A DNA stretch of 63,884 bases, filler included, from a bacterium (GTDB taxonomy: Bacteria > UBA9089 > CG2-30-40-21 > SBAY01): the NCBI GenBank assembly GCA_040757115.1. It is 10 parts of 10 records of this genome, joined end to end, with 100 filler letters (N's around TTAATTAATTAA, not from the genome) between each part and the next. Parts side by side here need not be neighbours in the genome. Positions count along the whole stretch, not along the records: positions 1 to 26,837 come from JBFLYA010000029.1; 9 more parts are not named here. The stretch is one strand, 5' to 3'. This document shows positions 1 to 14,000 of this stretch, in pieces (positions within the stretch are counted from its first letter, which is position 1; every line of letters starts with the position of its first letter). Both the position numbers and the translations under genes were made by a program. The notes under the pieces are model-generated. The model was not told the DNA's origin and did no database searches. It saw only the letters and a program-made list of their open reading frames with translations.

Positions 1-367
1 ATAGTGAGTGAATTACAAAATTCCAAATCACAAATTCCAAATTACAAATAAATTCCAATGACCAAAAATCAAAATTCCAAACAAAAGAAGGAGAAGTGCT
101 TTTCAATGAGGCAATAGAATTAAAGAAGAGTTATATTCCCCTCTTGAGAGGGGTTAGAGGTGTGTCCTTCAATTATTGAAAAACCTAAATCTGACATTAT
201 TGAGCAAAATATTCAACTCCCTTTAACAAAATTGATAAAGCAATAGGTTTTGGAATTTGGTGTTTGGAATTTATTTGGAATTTGGTGCTTATTTGAGATT
301 TGGTGCTTGGGATTTGGGATTTTTTACTTATTCACCCTGAGTAAAATTTTGACTAATAACTGCTATA
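1..367. mobile_element. MITE-like element (IS630-like TA-flanked end) with inverted heptamer arms and a four-helix-bundle gene remnant
   Basis: The right end GACTAATAACTGCTATA (351-367) and the preceding ~100 nt are near reverse-complements of 59983-60075. CCAAATT-type repeats (~18-82) face AATTTGG-type repeats (~248-322). The internal GAAGGAGAAGTGCTTTTCAATGAGGCAATAGAATTAAAGAAG reads EGEVLFNEAIELKK, like a four-helix-bundle C-terminus. Confidence 0.6.
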
Positions 368-445
368 TCTCACGCAGAATACAAACACGGCTACCATCTA
401 TCTCTCTTCTGTCTATAGTCTATGGTCTATAGTCTTTGGTCTTAC

Positions 446-1411
446 TTAAAACTTAGCCGATAATGAGAAGCGATGGTTGTATCTTTCTGACCCAGAGATG
501 TTATCTTTGAAGTCAGAAAATCTATCGGGGCCAAATGAGTAGTCTAATTGAAGATTAATTGTTTTTGCAGGAAAGATAAAACCTAAGCCGCCGGTAACAT
601 AACTATCAAATACTCCAGCTCTTATCCCTAAATTCTCTTTCATCCAATATTCTAACCCTGCGTATATCTTTGTCTTATGATTATCTTCAACCTGGCTTAA
701 ATCTGTAGCTATAATTAATTTATTCCCAAAAAACTTTCCACTCACACCTAATTTCACCGCTATGGGTAATCTATCTGTATGGTCAGTCTCCCATTTAAGG
801 TAACTGCGGACATCCTGTAACATTAATCCTGCTTTAAATTTATCTGAAATATCATATAACGCTCCGATATCTAAACCTAATCCACTTGCCTTACTTCTCC
901 CTTTTGGATTTGCCTGCGATGGATTCATCTGTTGAGTTAGATATTTCAGGTTAACGCCAAGGGATAATTTATCAGTCTTTTCCCAGGCACAAGAAAACAT
1001 AAATGTATTCTCTCTATCATCAAATCTACCTAATTCTATGTCCTGGTTATTTTTTTTAACAATCTCCCGTAAATCTTCTACACCAAAGTTTATCACGGAA
1101 ATACCTATAGTTTGATTTTCAAGCGGGACTACATAATTCAAGAAATTATACTTACGGTCAAGGGACATTAAAGAGGTCATTGAGGTCATTTCGCGTTGAG
1201 ATAGTTGCACCAATCCTGCGGGATTCCAGTAAGTTGCAGAGGCATCATCACAAACCGCGACATAAGCTCCGCCCATACCAAGTGCCCTTGCCCCTACGCC
1301 TATCCGTAGATACCGTGCCGCCTGGCCTGCATCTCCAGTTTCTGCATAAATAACACACGGTAAACAACAAATTATGATTAAAGTTATAAGTAACCGTTTC
1401 ATTTTAATCAC
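446..1411 (-). CDS. PorV/PorQ-like (UPF0164) outer-membrane beta-barrel protein
   Basis: Signal peptide, motif YLRIGVGARALGMGGAYVAVCDDASATYWNPAGL, alternating beta-strands and a C-terminal Phe. The start may be the ATG at 1402. Confidence 0.85.
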   Translation of the reverse strand: MIKMKRLLITLIIICCLPCVIYAETGDAGQAARYLRIGVGARALGMGGAYVAVCDDASATYWNPAGLVQLSQREMTSMTSLMSLDRKYNFLNYVVPLENQTIGISVINFGVEDLREIVKKNNQDIELGRFDDRENTFMFSCAWEKTDKLSLGVNLKYLTQQMNPSQANPKGRSKASGLGLDIGALYDISDKFKAGLMLQDVRSYLKWETDHTDRLPIAVKLGVSGKFFGNKLIIATDLSQVEDNHKTKIYAGLEYWMKENLGIRAGVFDSYVTGGLGFIFPAKTINLQLDYSFGPDRFSDFKDNISGSERYNHRFSLSAKF

Positions 1412-1422
1412 CTTCTTTTTTT

Positions 1423-2026
1423 AACCACGAATTGCACGAATTTTACGAATTTTTTTATATATCACTCATCCTTCTGAAAAAACATATCTTTCATTACTCT
1501 GCATAGTGCACTAAATCTCTCACTCCCGATTGCTCACCACTGAACACTACAATTACTTTCCCTCCCTTCATTTTTAATTCGCTTAATTCGTGTAATACGA
1601 ATTTTTTTATTTTATAATCCGTTTATATTCTAATGATGGTAATCCATAATTTATTATTATTCCCAATCTTAATCCTGTTGCTTTTAAATAATTATGCACT
1701 TGAGCCTCATCAATTTCTGTAATACCTTTATTAGTTGCTTTATTTTCTACAAGAATCTCTTTTTCTATAAGATAATCGGCTCTAAATTGTTTTTCTAATT
1801 TTTTCCCTTTATAAAATATTGGTAATTCTTTTTGATATTCAAAATACAGACCACTTCTCTCTAATTCAATACCAAAGGCTTCATCATACACTGATTCAAG
1901 GAATCCATAACCTAACTCCCTATGTACTTCCATCGCTGACCCAACTACTTTATAAGAAAGTTCCCTATAGATTATTTTTTCTTCCTTCATCTTCTTTAAT
2001 TCGTATAATTCGTGTAATTCGTGGTT
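1423..2026. mobile_element. GxxExxY cassette bounded by 29-bp inverted arms built of CACGAATT(A) units
   Basis: 1423-1451 AACCACGAATTGCACGAATTTTACGAATT matches the reverse complement of 1998-2026 at 27/29 positions. A third, internal arm copy lies at ~1574-1603. Confidence 0.75.
1607..1990 (-). CDS. GxxExxY family protein (PD-(D/E)xK-like)
   Basis: 127 aa; VHRELGYGFLESVY motif, FRADYLIEKEILVENKA and QVHNYLKATGLRLGIIINYG. Confidence 0.92.
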   Translation of the reverse strand: MKEEKIIYRELSYKVVGSAMEVHRELGYGFLESVYDEAFGIELERSGLYFEYQKELPIFYKGKKLEKQFRADYLIEKEILVENKATNKGITEIDEAQVHNYLKATGLRLGIIINYGLPSLEYKRIIK

Positions 2027-2028
2027 CT

Positions 2029-5000
2029 TTATCGAATCACGGCAATCTTACCAAGTTTCGACATCGTCTTACCTTCGTTGTTGGAGATTATCATTCTAAA
2101 GATATAGACGCCATTAGCTACTTCTTTACCAACATCGTTTCTACCCTTCCATTCAATCTCAACTACCTGTTTAACTCCCTGAACAGTATTTCTTGAAGTA
2201 GAGGCTATGCCTGCTTTTTCCTCAGTCCACACCAGATCACCAGCAATATCATAAATATTCACGATTACTCTTAATCCGACGACTTGGGCGGTTGCATCTA
2301 ATACACCAACTATATCTGTTATACCATCATAAGTTGGGTTTGGACAGTTATAAGCATCGATTAAGTTAAAGTCTGTTGTCGTCCCATTCAGAGGTGGAGT
2401 AATTGGCGGTGCAGGACTACCTTGTATGACGACAATAGGTCCTGTCATCGTCCCTCCTGTTGCTGAACCAACACACATCATCCCATCTTTTCCAATTGCA
2501 TTAAATAGATATGTATATGTGCCCGGTTCTGTAAAGCAAGGGAACACAATTCTATAATAACCATCCCATTTAGGTCCACTACCCGGAACTAAACTTAATG
2601 GGAAGGGACTACCAGCCATACGAACACCATCTTTATATAGCCAGAGATGGATATATTGAGGTTCATCACCATCTATATCATAATATCGAACTTTATAAGT
2701 AAATGAAGTTACATTTACTGTTCCATAATCAGGGTCAACTCCATCAGATGTAAATCCAGACTCACCTGTCCAGGTAAGTATTGGAGCATTGGTTACAGCA
2801 GGTCCAGTCTTATCTCCAGTAGCAGGTAATTTCACATCTAGATTAGCCGGATCATAAGCATTAATCCAATATTTATAACTTCCCGTCTGTAAAGTCGTAG
2901 TTGCCATATAAATTCCACAACTTTGCGTTCCAATTCCATCATTAAACCAGGTCATAGTTAAAGTAGCCACCTCATCACCATTCTTTTTAACATGCAATAG
3001 TGGATAGCCAGGTTTTGGCAGGTCATTATTCAAATCACGATATCTAACTTTGAAGGTAAAGATAGTTCCCGTTGTCCCCATTTCCGGGTCTAATCCATCA
3101 GATACATAACCACCTGTCCCTACCCATGATAATTCTGGTCTCCAATTACCTCCACCAGTAACTACAGGACCATAATTAGTAGAAGTAGGTGTTGCCATCT
3201 TCCGATATATATCCATTGCTTCAAAATAGTAGGAATAATTTGAGTTATTATATGGTAGTATTATTAGAGGATTAGAATATACCCTACCAGAACTAATATT
3301 TCCTCCATCATGATAAGGTAGTATCATTGGACTCCCTGGAATATCTACTCCACCAATTAATATATGAACCTTCGGATAGCCAGAATAAGGCACATTCCCT
3401 TCTGAATCTTGATATTTAACTGAGAAAGTATACCTGGTGCTTACATTACCACTAGGTGGATTCACATCACCATTAGATAATACTGGTGCACTATTAACAG
3501 CAGGTGCTATCTTCACTTGAATCCCTGCACCACCAGCTGTCAATCCTGTTATATCTTTTGCTTCAAATTGATAGGTATAGATACCTGTAGGTGCAGGTAA
3601 AGTAGTCCTTGTTTCATATAGGACACCCGCCGCATAAGTAACCGTTGCGGGACTTACTCTGGTTAACGGTAAGATTGTCTCAGCTCCTCCTGTAGTCTTG
3701 ATTTTTACCCGTGGATATCCGGCTAATGGTGCCTCATTATTCCCATCACTATATTTTACTCTATAGGTAAATATAGTGCTATCAGGCTCACCTTGTTCTG
3801 GGTCTAACCCATCATACAGATAGTTCCTTTCACCTGTCCATAACAAGAGCGGTGCGACAGGAGCATCAACCCCGGTCAATATAGGCCCAATATATTCTTG
3901 AGTTGGTGTTCCAAGAGCTAATACTCCATTTCTATCTTTTGCCGCAAAACGATATGTGTATGTCCCCGAATAAAGTAAACTGATAACAGTATAATATTCT
4001 ACTCCATTAACATAATCAATAGGAACTTTATACATCATCGGATAACCTATACCCTCATAAGGATACCCCGCTCCATTTCGACGGATATATACTTTTACAC
4101 CATCGGTAGGCGACGGAGGATCTCCATCAGTATCTTGATATATCACTTTAAAGGTAACTACTTTGGGTTTTGCACCAGTTTGAATATCCACCCCGCTTGT
4201 GCCATTATAAGGTGTTTGTGAAATAAAACTTAATACAGGTGGATTACTTATTTTAGGTCCTGTCTTTGTTCCCATTGGCTGAGATTGAGGATAAACTGAT
4301 GAAACTCCCTTTATATCCTTTACCTCAAATCTATATTTATAGTCTGTGCCCGTTAAGTATAATGGTAATTCTTTCTTATATAACTTACCATCTGTATAAG
4401 TTATATCTAATGGGTCATTATGGTCCATCACATAAGGGCTACCGGGCACGGGTTCATTATCACCTCTAAAAACATACAGTAATGGATAGCCACCTAATGG
4501 TGGGTCATTATCAGCATCGGTATATTTTACCAGATAAGTAAATGTATCTCCAGATTTACCTGTTTCTGGTTCAATACCATCATACAGATAATCAGTAATT
4601 CCTGCCCAGCTTAATACTGGTGGCTTACTAATTATTGGTCCAACCATCAAAGTCCAGGTTGGTGTGCCTTCAGCTGAAACTCCATTTATATTCTTTGCCT
4701 CAAATATATATGTATAAATACCCTGTAGAGTCAGTGGATATATCAGTGAATGTATCTGACCAGTCAGAGGGTTACCGGAAACATAGTACATTGGAAGTGT
4801 ATAGAGTAAGCTTCCCTCTCTATAAACCTTTACCCATACCCTATTGCCATATGGCAGGTTACCTGCGGAATCTTGATATTTTATCCGATAAGTATAAAGA
4901 TTATATGGAGAAGTACTTATCGGATAAACTCCACCTTCTTGGTAGTTAGGTTCACCCGTCCAACTCAAAATAGGTGGCAGACTAATCTTTGGACCTAAAT

Positions 5001-8000
5001 ATTGATATACTGGTGCACCAGCGGCATTACCACCCCAGCAATCTTTAGCCTCCATGCTATAGTAATAATTCCCTGTTGTTATCAATGTATTAGTTGCATA
5101 CACATAAACCGCACCACCTATCCAATCACCATCACCTGACTCTAATGTCATCGTCACCGTCGCCAATAAGGTTCTATCCGATTTATAAATATTTAATTGC
5201 GGATAACCTGGCATAGGATAATCATTATTAAAATCTTTATACAGCACTTTATAAGTAATTGTCGTTTCTGGTTTGGCAGAATTTGGATTAACACCATCAG
5301 TCCGATAACCATCCTGTTGTACCCAGCTCAATGATGGTATTCTATTTTGAGTTTGTTGATTTCCAACAGCAGGTCCTATTTGTCTCATTGTCGGACTACC
5401 AATGGCTATTCTACCGCCCTGATTCATTGCTTCAAATTTATGCGTATATGTGCCCGCTAAAGCTAATATTATTGTCTTTATCTGATAAACTTTACCATCA
5501 GTATAATCAGTATCACCTAGTGTTTCTTCGTAAAGTCCAGTAGTCACAAACAATTGATTTCCTAAATAGACATATAGCTTGGGATAACCTGGTGCTGGTC
5601 TTATATTCTCATAGTCAAAATATGTCACTTTGAAGGTAATATAAGAACCTACTATAGGATTCACGGGCAGTATCTCAGTTCCTGTAAGACAAGTTAGTCC
5701 AGGAAGAATTATAGGACCAGAGAATAGATTAGTAGGAGTCCCAATAGCTACCATTCCATAAATATCCGCCGCGGCAAATCTATATGTCCATGTCCCTTCT
5801 CCTAAACCTGTCATAGTACCTATATAAATACCATCAGATAATGTTCCACTACTTAACTGTAAATTAAGTGTTCCCGGATTACCACCTGGAGAAGTATATT
5901 GTGCCACTATATACGCTGGCATATTACCATCAGCATCAGAATATCTAATTCTGTAGGTAAATATCGTTTCATTATTACCATAAGTTGGTTCTAATCCTGG
6001 AGAGGCAAATGCAAGAACTGGAGCACGATTAATAAATGGTCCGTTCTGCCATAAAGTCGGGGTGCCACCTACTGGTTGACCATATGCTCTCGCTTCAATT
6101 CTGTAAGAATTCATCCCACCATAGTTAATACTCAATCTTGTTGTAAATGTAACTCCATATTCCCAATTTTCGCTATCTTGTATCATTTCATAATAAGTAG
6201 TTGTTCCACTTTGACTCATAAGATATAGTCGTATCAATTCAGGTCCAGTAGAACCTGTATATCTCACCTTAAATTCGAACATATCTCCTATCTGTCCAGT
6301 ATCGGGTTCTACGCCATCATCCGTATATCCTGGTGCTCCTAACCAACTAAGATATGGAAGGGTTACCACTGTTGGTCCTGAATTGATTAATGTTGGCGTT
6401 CCTTGTGCTTCTATAAATGTATCCGTTCCTATGGCTATTTGTACTTTAAATCTATGTGTATATGAACCTCTTACCAGAGAAGTCTCGGTACCATAAATCA
6501 CACCATCTCGATAAGGAGTTGCAGTTCCTCCCAGCAAGGAAATAGTACCCAGAGTATAAGTGGCATAGGGTAATCCATCTTTTTCTATAATCACTATTGG
6601 GCTATTTGTCCCAAATACTGGTGGCCGATTACTTGAATCTCGATACACTACCCGATAATTAAATAGCGTTCCCTCAGAGCCAACTTTTGGAGATACACCC
6701 GTATTGATATAGTCAGGTGCGCCTACCCAGCTAAGTGTTGGGAATTGTCCTACTCTTGGTCCCTCACGCCATACTCCTGAGACACCATTGGCTGGCGCTC
6801 CCCATTTATCATACGCCACAATATAATAGGAGTACATTCCATCTGGAAGGGTTGTTTGCTTTTCATATCGTGGAGCTGACCTCGGTAGATAACTATCTAT
6901 CTTTGTCATAGTCAATGAAGCATAAACATTAGCACCTTTATAAATAATCACCTTTGGATAGCCAGGTAATGGGTCATCATTATCAAAATCGTAATATCTT
7001 ATACGGTAAGTATAAATTGTAGTATTTAGACCCTCTTCTGGATTAAGTCCATCCTGTGTATAACCAGACTCTCCTGTCCATCGTAACTGAGGTGGTGAAG
7101 TTCGATAATAGACATTTTCAAATCTATATGTCCATGAACCGATATTTTCCTTATTCTGAACAATATCTGCCGCATAATACCCTGCCTGGTTAAATTGTGA
7201 CAGAGCAACTGTAACTGAGAATGTTCCCACATCAGATACAACCACTTCTGGATGTTCAGTCGGATTGCCACCTACCTTAATACTATTCATTAGTATAGTC
7301 GTTCCACCTGTCGTCCCATAGAATCCTGAACCTGTTATAGTACTTGTATTACCCGTTTGACCACTACCTGCACATGGATTCATTATAATCCACGGGACAA
7401 CCCTATAACTATCTGCAAATACAAATTCCTCGCCTGAGACTATCATATGAACCGTATAAGTTCCCCACGGCATCGCTGGTAATGTCAAAGTAGTTGTTGG
7501 TAAAATACCTCCTGGTTGAATAGTTATTGTGGCATGTTGTGCGGTAAATGCACCATTGAATTTAATAGAATTAGCACTTACGGTTGCTCCTTCCATAAAT
7601 CCTCTACCTGAAATCTGAGTAGTAGCACCTTCTTGTCCATGACCACCATCTGGATTTAAGAATATTCTGACCAGCGTAAAGGTAGTAGATGCTACTTCAC
7701 CTGTTATCAAACCACTGGCACTAATTACCACCGGACCAGGTATCTGAACATCAGCCATAAATTGCGTTGAGAATGTCCCATTATCAGAAGTTGTTGCACA
7801 AGATATGGTTGGATTACCACCAAAAGCTACCGTGATGAATTCACTCGCTCCAAAACCTGTTCCATACAAAATAACTTGAGTTGCCACAATACCGCTTCTC
7901 GGCGATACCACCACCCCACCTCTTATCTTAAATAGATTAATCATCTGCGAATTATCACTAATTACTGTAATTGTCTTTGTTCCAAAAGTTTGAGTATCAA

Positions 8001-11000
8001 CGGTAAATATCGCCGTAAAACTACCTTCCACTGCGGCTGCGGTTGAACAAATAGTTAGCGTCTGACCAAAGTGTATTGAGATATTCTCTCCTGACTTATA
8101 TCCTTGACCGGTAACGGTTATCAATCGTCCTACGGTCCCTTGTTGTGGTGTAACATAAGTCATCGGATTTATAAAGAAGTAGTCATAATCTTGACCTGAC
8201 TTTAATCCTAAAGCAATTATCGTGGTTGACCCATAAGGTTGCGTATCAACGGTAAAGGTTGTAGTAAAGGTACCATTTATCTTAGAAATAGTTATTGTAA
8301 TCGTCTGAGTTATCCCAAAGTGAATATAAATCTCCTCTGTTCCGGCATAACCAGTCCCTTTAACTGTAACAATGGTTCCTACCGTACCTTGACCTGGACT
8401 CACATAGATAACATCGGGTAATATCTTGAAGTAATTAATTGCCTGACAACCTGTAGCAATTATCGTTGTTGACCCATAAGGTTGTGTATTAACCGTGAAG
8501 GTAGTAGTAAAGGTGCCTTCGATGGTTGAAGTAGTAGTCGTAATAGTCTTAGTAGTCCCAAAGTGGATATAAATCACTTTGTTGGCACCATAACCTGTTC
8601 CGCTAATGGTAACTATTGTCCCTACCGTTCCTTCAGTTGGAGTAACCATAAATATCTCTGGTAGAATTCTGAAGTAATTCTGTGCTTGCGAAGAAGTTAA
8701 TCCAATCCCAATAATTGTCGTTGTGCCATAAGGTTGCGTATTAATCGTAAATGTTGTTGTGAAACTACCTTGAATATCTGACATAGTAGTTGTTATTGTC
8801 TTTGTCGTCCCAAAGTCCACATAAATATCTTCTCCCCCGGCATAACCTGTGCCACGAATAGTAATTATTGTCCCAACGGTGCCCTCTGTTGGTGTAACAA
8901 GACATACATCTGGAATTATCTTGAAGTAATTTGTCCCTTTGCCAAATGAACCTTGTGCAATTATCGTAGTCGTGCCATAAGGTTGAGTATCTATAGTAAA
9001 TGTAGTAGCAAATGTTCCTGATTCACTTGAAGTAATAACCGTAATACTCGGTGTTGTGCCAAAATCTACCCTTATCTCTTCATTAGATCTATAACCACTA
9101 CCTTTAATGGTAACTATTGTTCCTACTGTGCCTTTAGTTGGAGTTACAGCATATATCTCTGGTAGTATCGCAAAGTAGTTAATGGCAAAACCTGATTTAT
9201 CGGCTATCGCCGTAATCGTTGTGCTCCCACAAGGTTGCATATTTACTGTAAATTTCGTCGTCCAGCTACCTTGTATAGCTACTTGAGTGGTTGTAATGGT
9301 AAGCGTTGTCCCAAAGTGGATATAGACTGTTTCTTGATAGGCATAACCTGTCCCACGAATAGTAACGATTGTTCCTACTGTCCCTTCTGATGGATTAACT
9401 TGCCACAGGTCGGGTAGAATGGTAAAGTAAGTTGTGGCTGAACCTGTATCTGAACTTATCGTTCTAACGGTAGTGGTGCCATAAGGTTGTGTATCAATGG
9501 TAAAGGTCACGGTAAATGTTCCGGCTTCAGTAGCGATAACTTTCGTAATTGAAGGTGTTGTGCCAAAATTAATCCTTATCTCTTCACTTGCCGCATATCC
9601 TGTTCCAAATACCGTCACTATTGACCCCACCGTGCCAGATGTCGGCGATACCTCAACTCCACCAATAATCACAAAATAGTTAATATTGGTTTCCTGATTA
9701 ATACCTGTGGCTCTAATCGTTGTCTTACCTAATATTTGCGTATTTACGGTAAATGTCGTGGTGAAACTTCCCTCTATTTCTGCTTGAGTAAGGGTGATAG
9801 ATTCTGTCGTGCCAAAGTTTATTCGCACCTCACCTGGCGTATAACCAGTTCCACGAATAGTTAGAATTGTTCCTATTGTTCCTTTTGTTGGAGTTACAAA
9901 CCACAACTCTGGTGTAATCTTAAAGTAGTTAATTGACTCACTACAACTACCAACGCCAGTGATAGTTGTTGCCCCATAAGGTTGTGTATCCACTGTAAAT
10001 GTTGTGGTAAAGCTTCCCTGTATCTCTGAGATAACCGTGGTAATCGTCCTGGTTGTGCCAAAGTGGATATAAATCTCTTCTGTCCCAATATAACCATTAC
10101 CTTTTATTGTTACTTTTGTGCCTACAGTCCCTTCTGTTGGACTGACCATAAACAATGCCGGTAATATCTTAAAGTAATTAATGGCAACTGCGGACTTCAA
10201 GCCCAATGCTACCACAGTTGTAGTTCCATAAGGTTGAGTATCAATGGTAAAGGTAGTTGTCACACTTCCTTCGATGCCTGAAACAGTAGTGGTAATAGTA
10301 TTGCGTATTCCAAAGTGGATATAAACTGTCTCACTGCTGGCATAACCTGTTCCACAAATAGTTATTATTGTTCCTATTGTTCCCTCTGTTGGTGTTACTG
10401 AAACTAATTGTGGAGTTATCTTCAGGTAATTAATTGCCTCAGCAGACTTCAATCCTCCTGCGAGAATCGTTGTCGTGCCATACGGTTGTGTATCAATGGT
10501 AAATGTTGTTGTAATACTTCCTTCTATGGCGGAAACAGTAGTAGTAATCGTCTTATTCGTGCCAAAGTGGATATAGACATCCTCTGTCCCGGCATAACCT
10601 GTGCCACGAATGGTAATTATTGTTCCTACTGTCGCTGAAGTCGGTGTAACATCCCAAATTTGAGGTGTTATCTTAAAGTAGGAAATATCCTCTCCAGAAC
10701 CAAATCCTACCCCAGTAATTGTTGTTGAACCATAAGGTTGTGTATCAATAGTAAATGTTGTCGTGAAACTACCTTCAATTGCGGCTGAGGTCGTCGTAAT
10801 TGTCTTTGTCGTGCCAAAATGGACATACAACTCTTCTAATCCGGCATAACCAGTCCCACGAATGGTAACGATTGTCCCCACGGTCCCAATTGATGGACTC
10901 ACCATAATTACATCTGGTATTATCTTAAAGTAATTAATACCTTCTATGGCTGATGAGAGACCAGTGGCAATAATTGTTGTTGACCCATAAACCTGCGTAT

Positions 11001-14000
11001 CAATTGTAAATGTAAGGATAAAGACGCCTGTGTCTATTACATGACCTGTAGTTATCGTCGTCTTGTTACCAAAACTTATCTGGACAGTCTCACTGGGTTG
11101 ATATCCTGTTCCACTAATGGTTACTATCGTCCCCACGGTCCCTTCCTTCGGTGAAACTAAGTATAACTCGCCTAACACTTTGAAGTAAGCAATATTTGAA
11201 TCTGACCGTAATCCAAGCGCAGTAATAGTTGTTGAGCCATAAGCCTGTGGGTTAATCGTAAATGTTGTTGTCCAGCTACCAGCGATATCTGAAACCGTAG
11301 TCGTAATCGTCTTCGTTGTTCCAAAGTGGATATAGACTTCTTCTGTCCCGGCATAACCTGTCCCACTAATTGTTACTATTGTTCCCACTGTGCCTTGAGT
11401 TGGCGTAACCATAATTATTTCTGGTGTAATCTTAAAGTAATTAATCGCCTGCGGTGTAGTCTCTCCCACAGAAATAATTGTCGTCGTCCCATACGGTTGT
11501 GTATCAATAGTAAATGTTGTAGTCCAGCTGCCTTCTATATCGGTAATAGTCCTGGTAATCGTTTGTGTCGTGCCGAAGTGGATGAAGACATCTTCGCCAT
11601 TTCCATATCCTGTCCCACGAATCGTAATTATTGTTCCAACTGTTCCTGTATCTGGTGTAACCTGAATAATCTGTGGTATAATCTTAAAGTAATTAATAGC
11701 TGAACTGGAATTTAAGCCTAATCCCGTAATGGTCGTGCTGCCATACGGTTGTGTATTAATGGTAAATGTCGTCGTGAAACTGCCTTCAATAGCTGAGGTA
11801 GTAATGGTAATCGTCTGCGTTGTGCCAAAGTGGATATAAACATCTTCTCTCCCGGCATAACCTGTCCCACGAATAGTAATTACTGTTCCCACTGTTCCTG
11901 TATCTGGACTGACCATAAATAGTTCTGGTGTAATGAAGAAAGTAGTGCTTACAGAACCTGCCTTTGGGCCGGTAACAATGATAGTTGTTGTTCCATAAGG
12001 TTGTGTCGTTACGGTAAAGGTTACCGTAAATGAACCTATATTATCAGTTGTTGTTATGGCTAATGTTGGCGTTGTCCCAAAATCAACACAGATTTGTTCT
12101 GTTGCCGCATAACCATTACCAAACACGGTTACTATCGTTCCTACTGAACCCGTAGTTGGCGATATTCTAATGCCACCAGTAATCGTGAAGAAGTTAATAT
12201 TCCTTTCAGCATTAGCACCAGTTGCCGCAATAGTTGTTATACCTAATGGTTGCGTATCTATGGTAAATGTTGTCGTCAAGCTACCTGTATTATCTGCCTG
12301 AGTAGTAGTAATAGTTTGAGTTGTGCCAAAGTCTATTCGCACCTCACCAGGGGTATAACCTGTGCCTTTAATCGTAACAATTGTTCCTACTGTGCCTTGT
12401 TGTGGATTGACATACCACAAATCAGGAGTTATCCTATAATAATTAATCGCCTCTCCTGAACCTAATCCTACCGCAATAATTGTTGTTGTGCCATAAGCTT
12501 GTGTATCCACAGTAAATGTCGTGGTGAAGCTACCTTCTTGAGCAGAAACCGTAGTTATAATCGTCTTTGTTGTGCCAAAATGGACATAGACCTCTTCTGA
12601 AGCCGCATAGCCTGTTCCACGAACCGTCACAATACTTCCCACAGTCCCTGATGTAGGCGTAACATACCAAACATCTGGTAATATCTTAAAGTAGTTAATT
12701 GCCGAACAACCTGTAGCAACAATAGTCGTTGTGCCATAAGGTTGCGTATCCACAGTAAATGTTGCGGTAAATGAACCAATTATATCTGAACTCGCCGTAG
12801 TAATGGTATTTGTTATTCCAAAGTGCACATTAATTGTCTTATTTGCACCATATCCTGTCCCACAAATAGTAACTATTGTTCCCACTGTTCCTTCTTTCGG
12901 ACTAACACTGAATACCTCCGGCAGGACTCTGAAGTAATTAATCGCCTCTCCTAAATTCAATCCTGAGGCAACAATGGTCGTTGTGCCATAAGGTTGTGTA
13001 TCTATAGTAAATGTTGTTGTGAAACTACCTTCAATAACTGAAGATACCGTTGTTATCGTCTTTGTTGTTCCAAAGTGGATATAAACTGTCTCATTCGCCG
13101 CATAGCCTGTCCCTCTTATCGTTACTATCTTGCCTACTGTTCCTTCTGCTGGATTAACGAACCATAATTCTGGCAGTATCTTGAAGTCATTTATGGCACT
13201 ACCTGAATTCAAGCCTACTGCTGTTATCGTCGTCGAACCATACGGTTGTGTATCAATGGTAAATGTCGTCGTGAAACTACCTTCAATTGCGGCTGAGGTC
13301 GTCGTGATTGTCTTTGTTGTGCCAAAGTGAATGTAAACTAACTCATTCCCTGCATAGCCTGTGCCTCGGATTGTGACGATTGTCCCTACTATCCCTTCGG
13401 CTAATACCACTGACCATAACTCTGGCAGTATCTTGAAGTAATTAATCCCTTCTCCACCACTTGTTAATCCTGTTGCCTTGATTGTAGTTCTATCATAAGG
13501 TTGTGTATTGATGGTAAATGTCGCCGTCCAGCTACCTGTTTCATCTGCCTGTGTTGTGGTAATACTTGATGTTGTGCCAAAGTCTATCCTTATCCCTTCA
13601 TTGGCTTTATACCCTGTGCCTTTAATCGTAATTATTGTTCCTACTGTGCCCTCTGTTGGTGTTACTGAATATAACTCAACAGTTATCTTGAAGTAATTTA
13701 TCGCACTGTTAGAATTCAATCCTACGGCGGTTATTGTCGTCGAGCCAAATCCTTGTATATCAACAGTGAATGTTGTCGTGAAACTACCTTCGATTGCGGC
13801 TGAGGTCGTTGTAATTGTCTTTGTTGTGCCCAAGTGAATGTAAATTAACTCATTCGCCGCATAGCCTGTGCCTCGGATTGTAACGATTGTCCCAACTGTT
13901 CCTTCTTTTGGTGTTACAGACCATAATTCTGGTAATATCTTAAAGTCATTTATGGCACTACCTGAATTCAAGCCTACTGCTGTTATTGTCGTCGAACCAT

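Noticed and set aside
250-432. 60-aa ORF MEFGVWNLFGIW, and similar ORFs at 35731, 51284, 52476, 60952 and 60971
   Set aside because: Translations of low-complexity repeat arms or MITEs.
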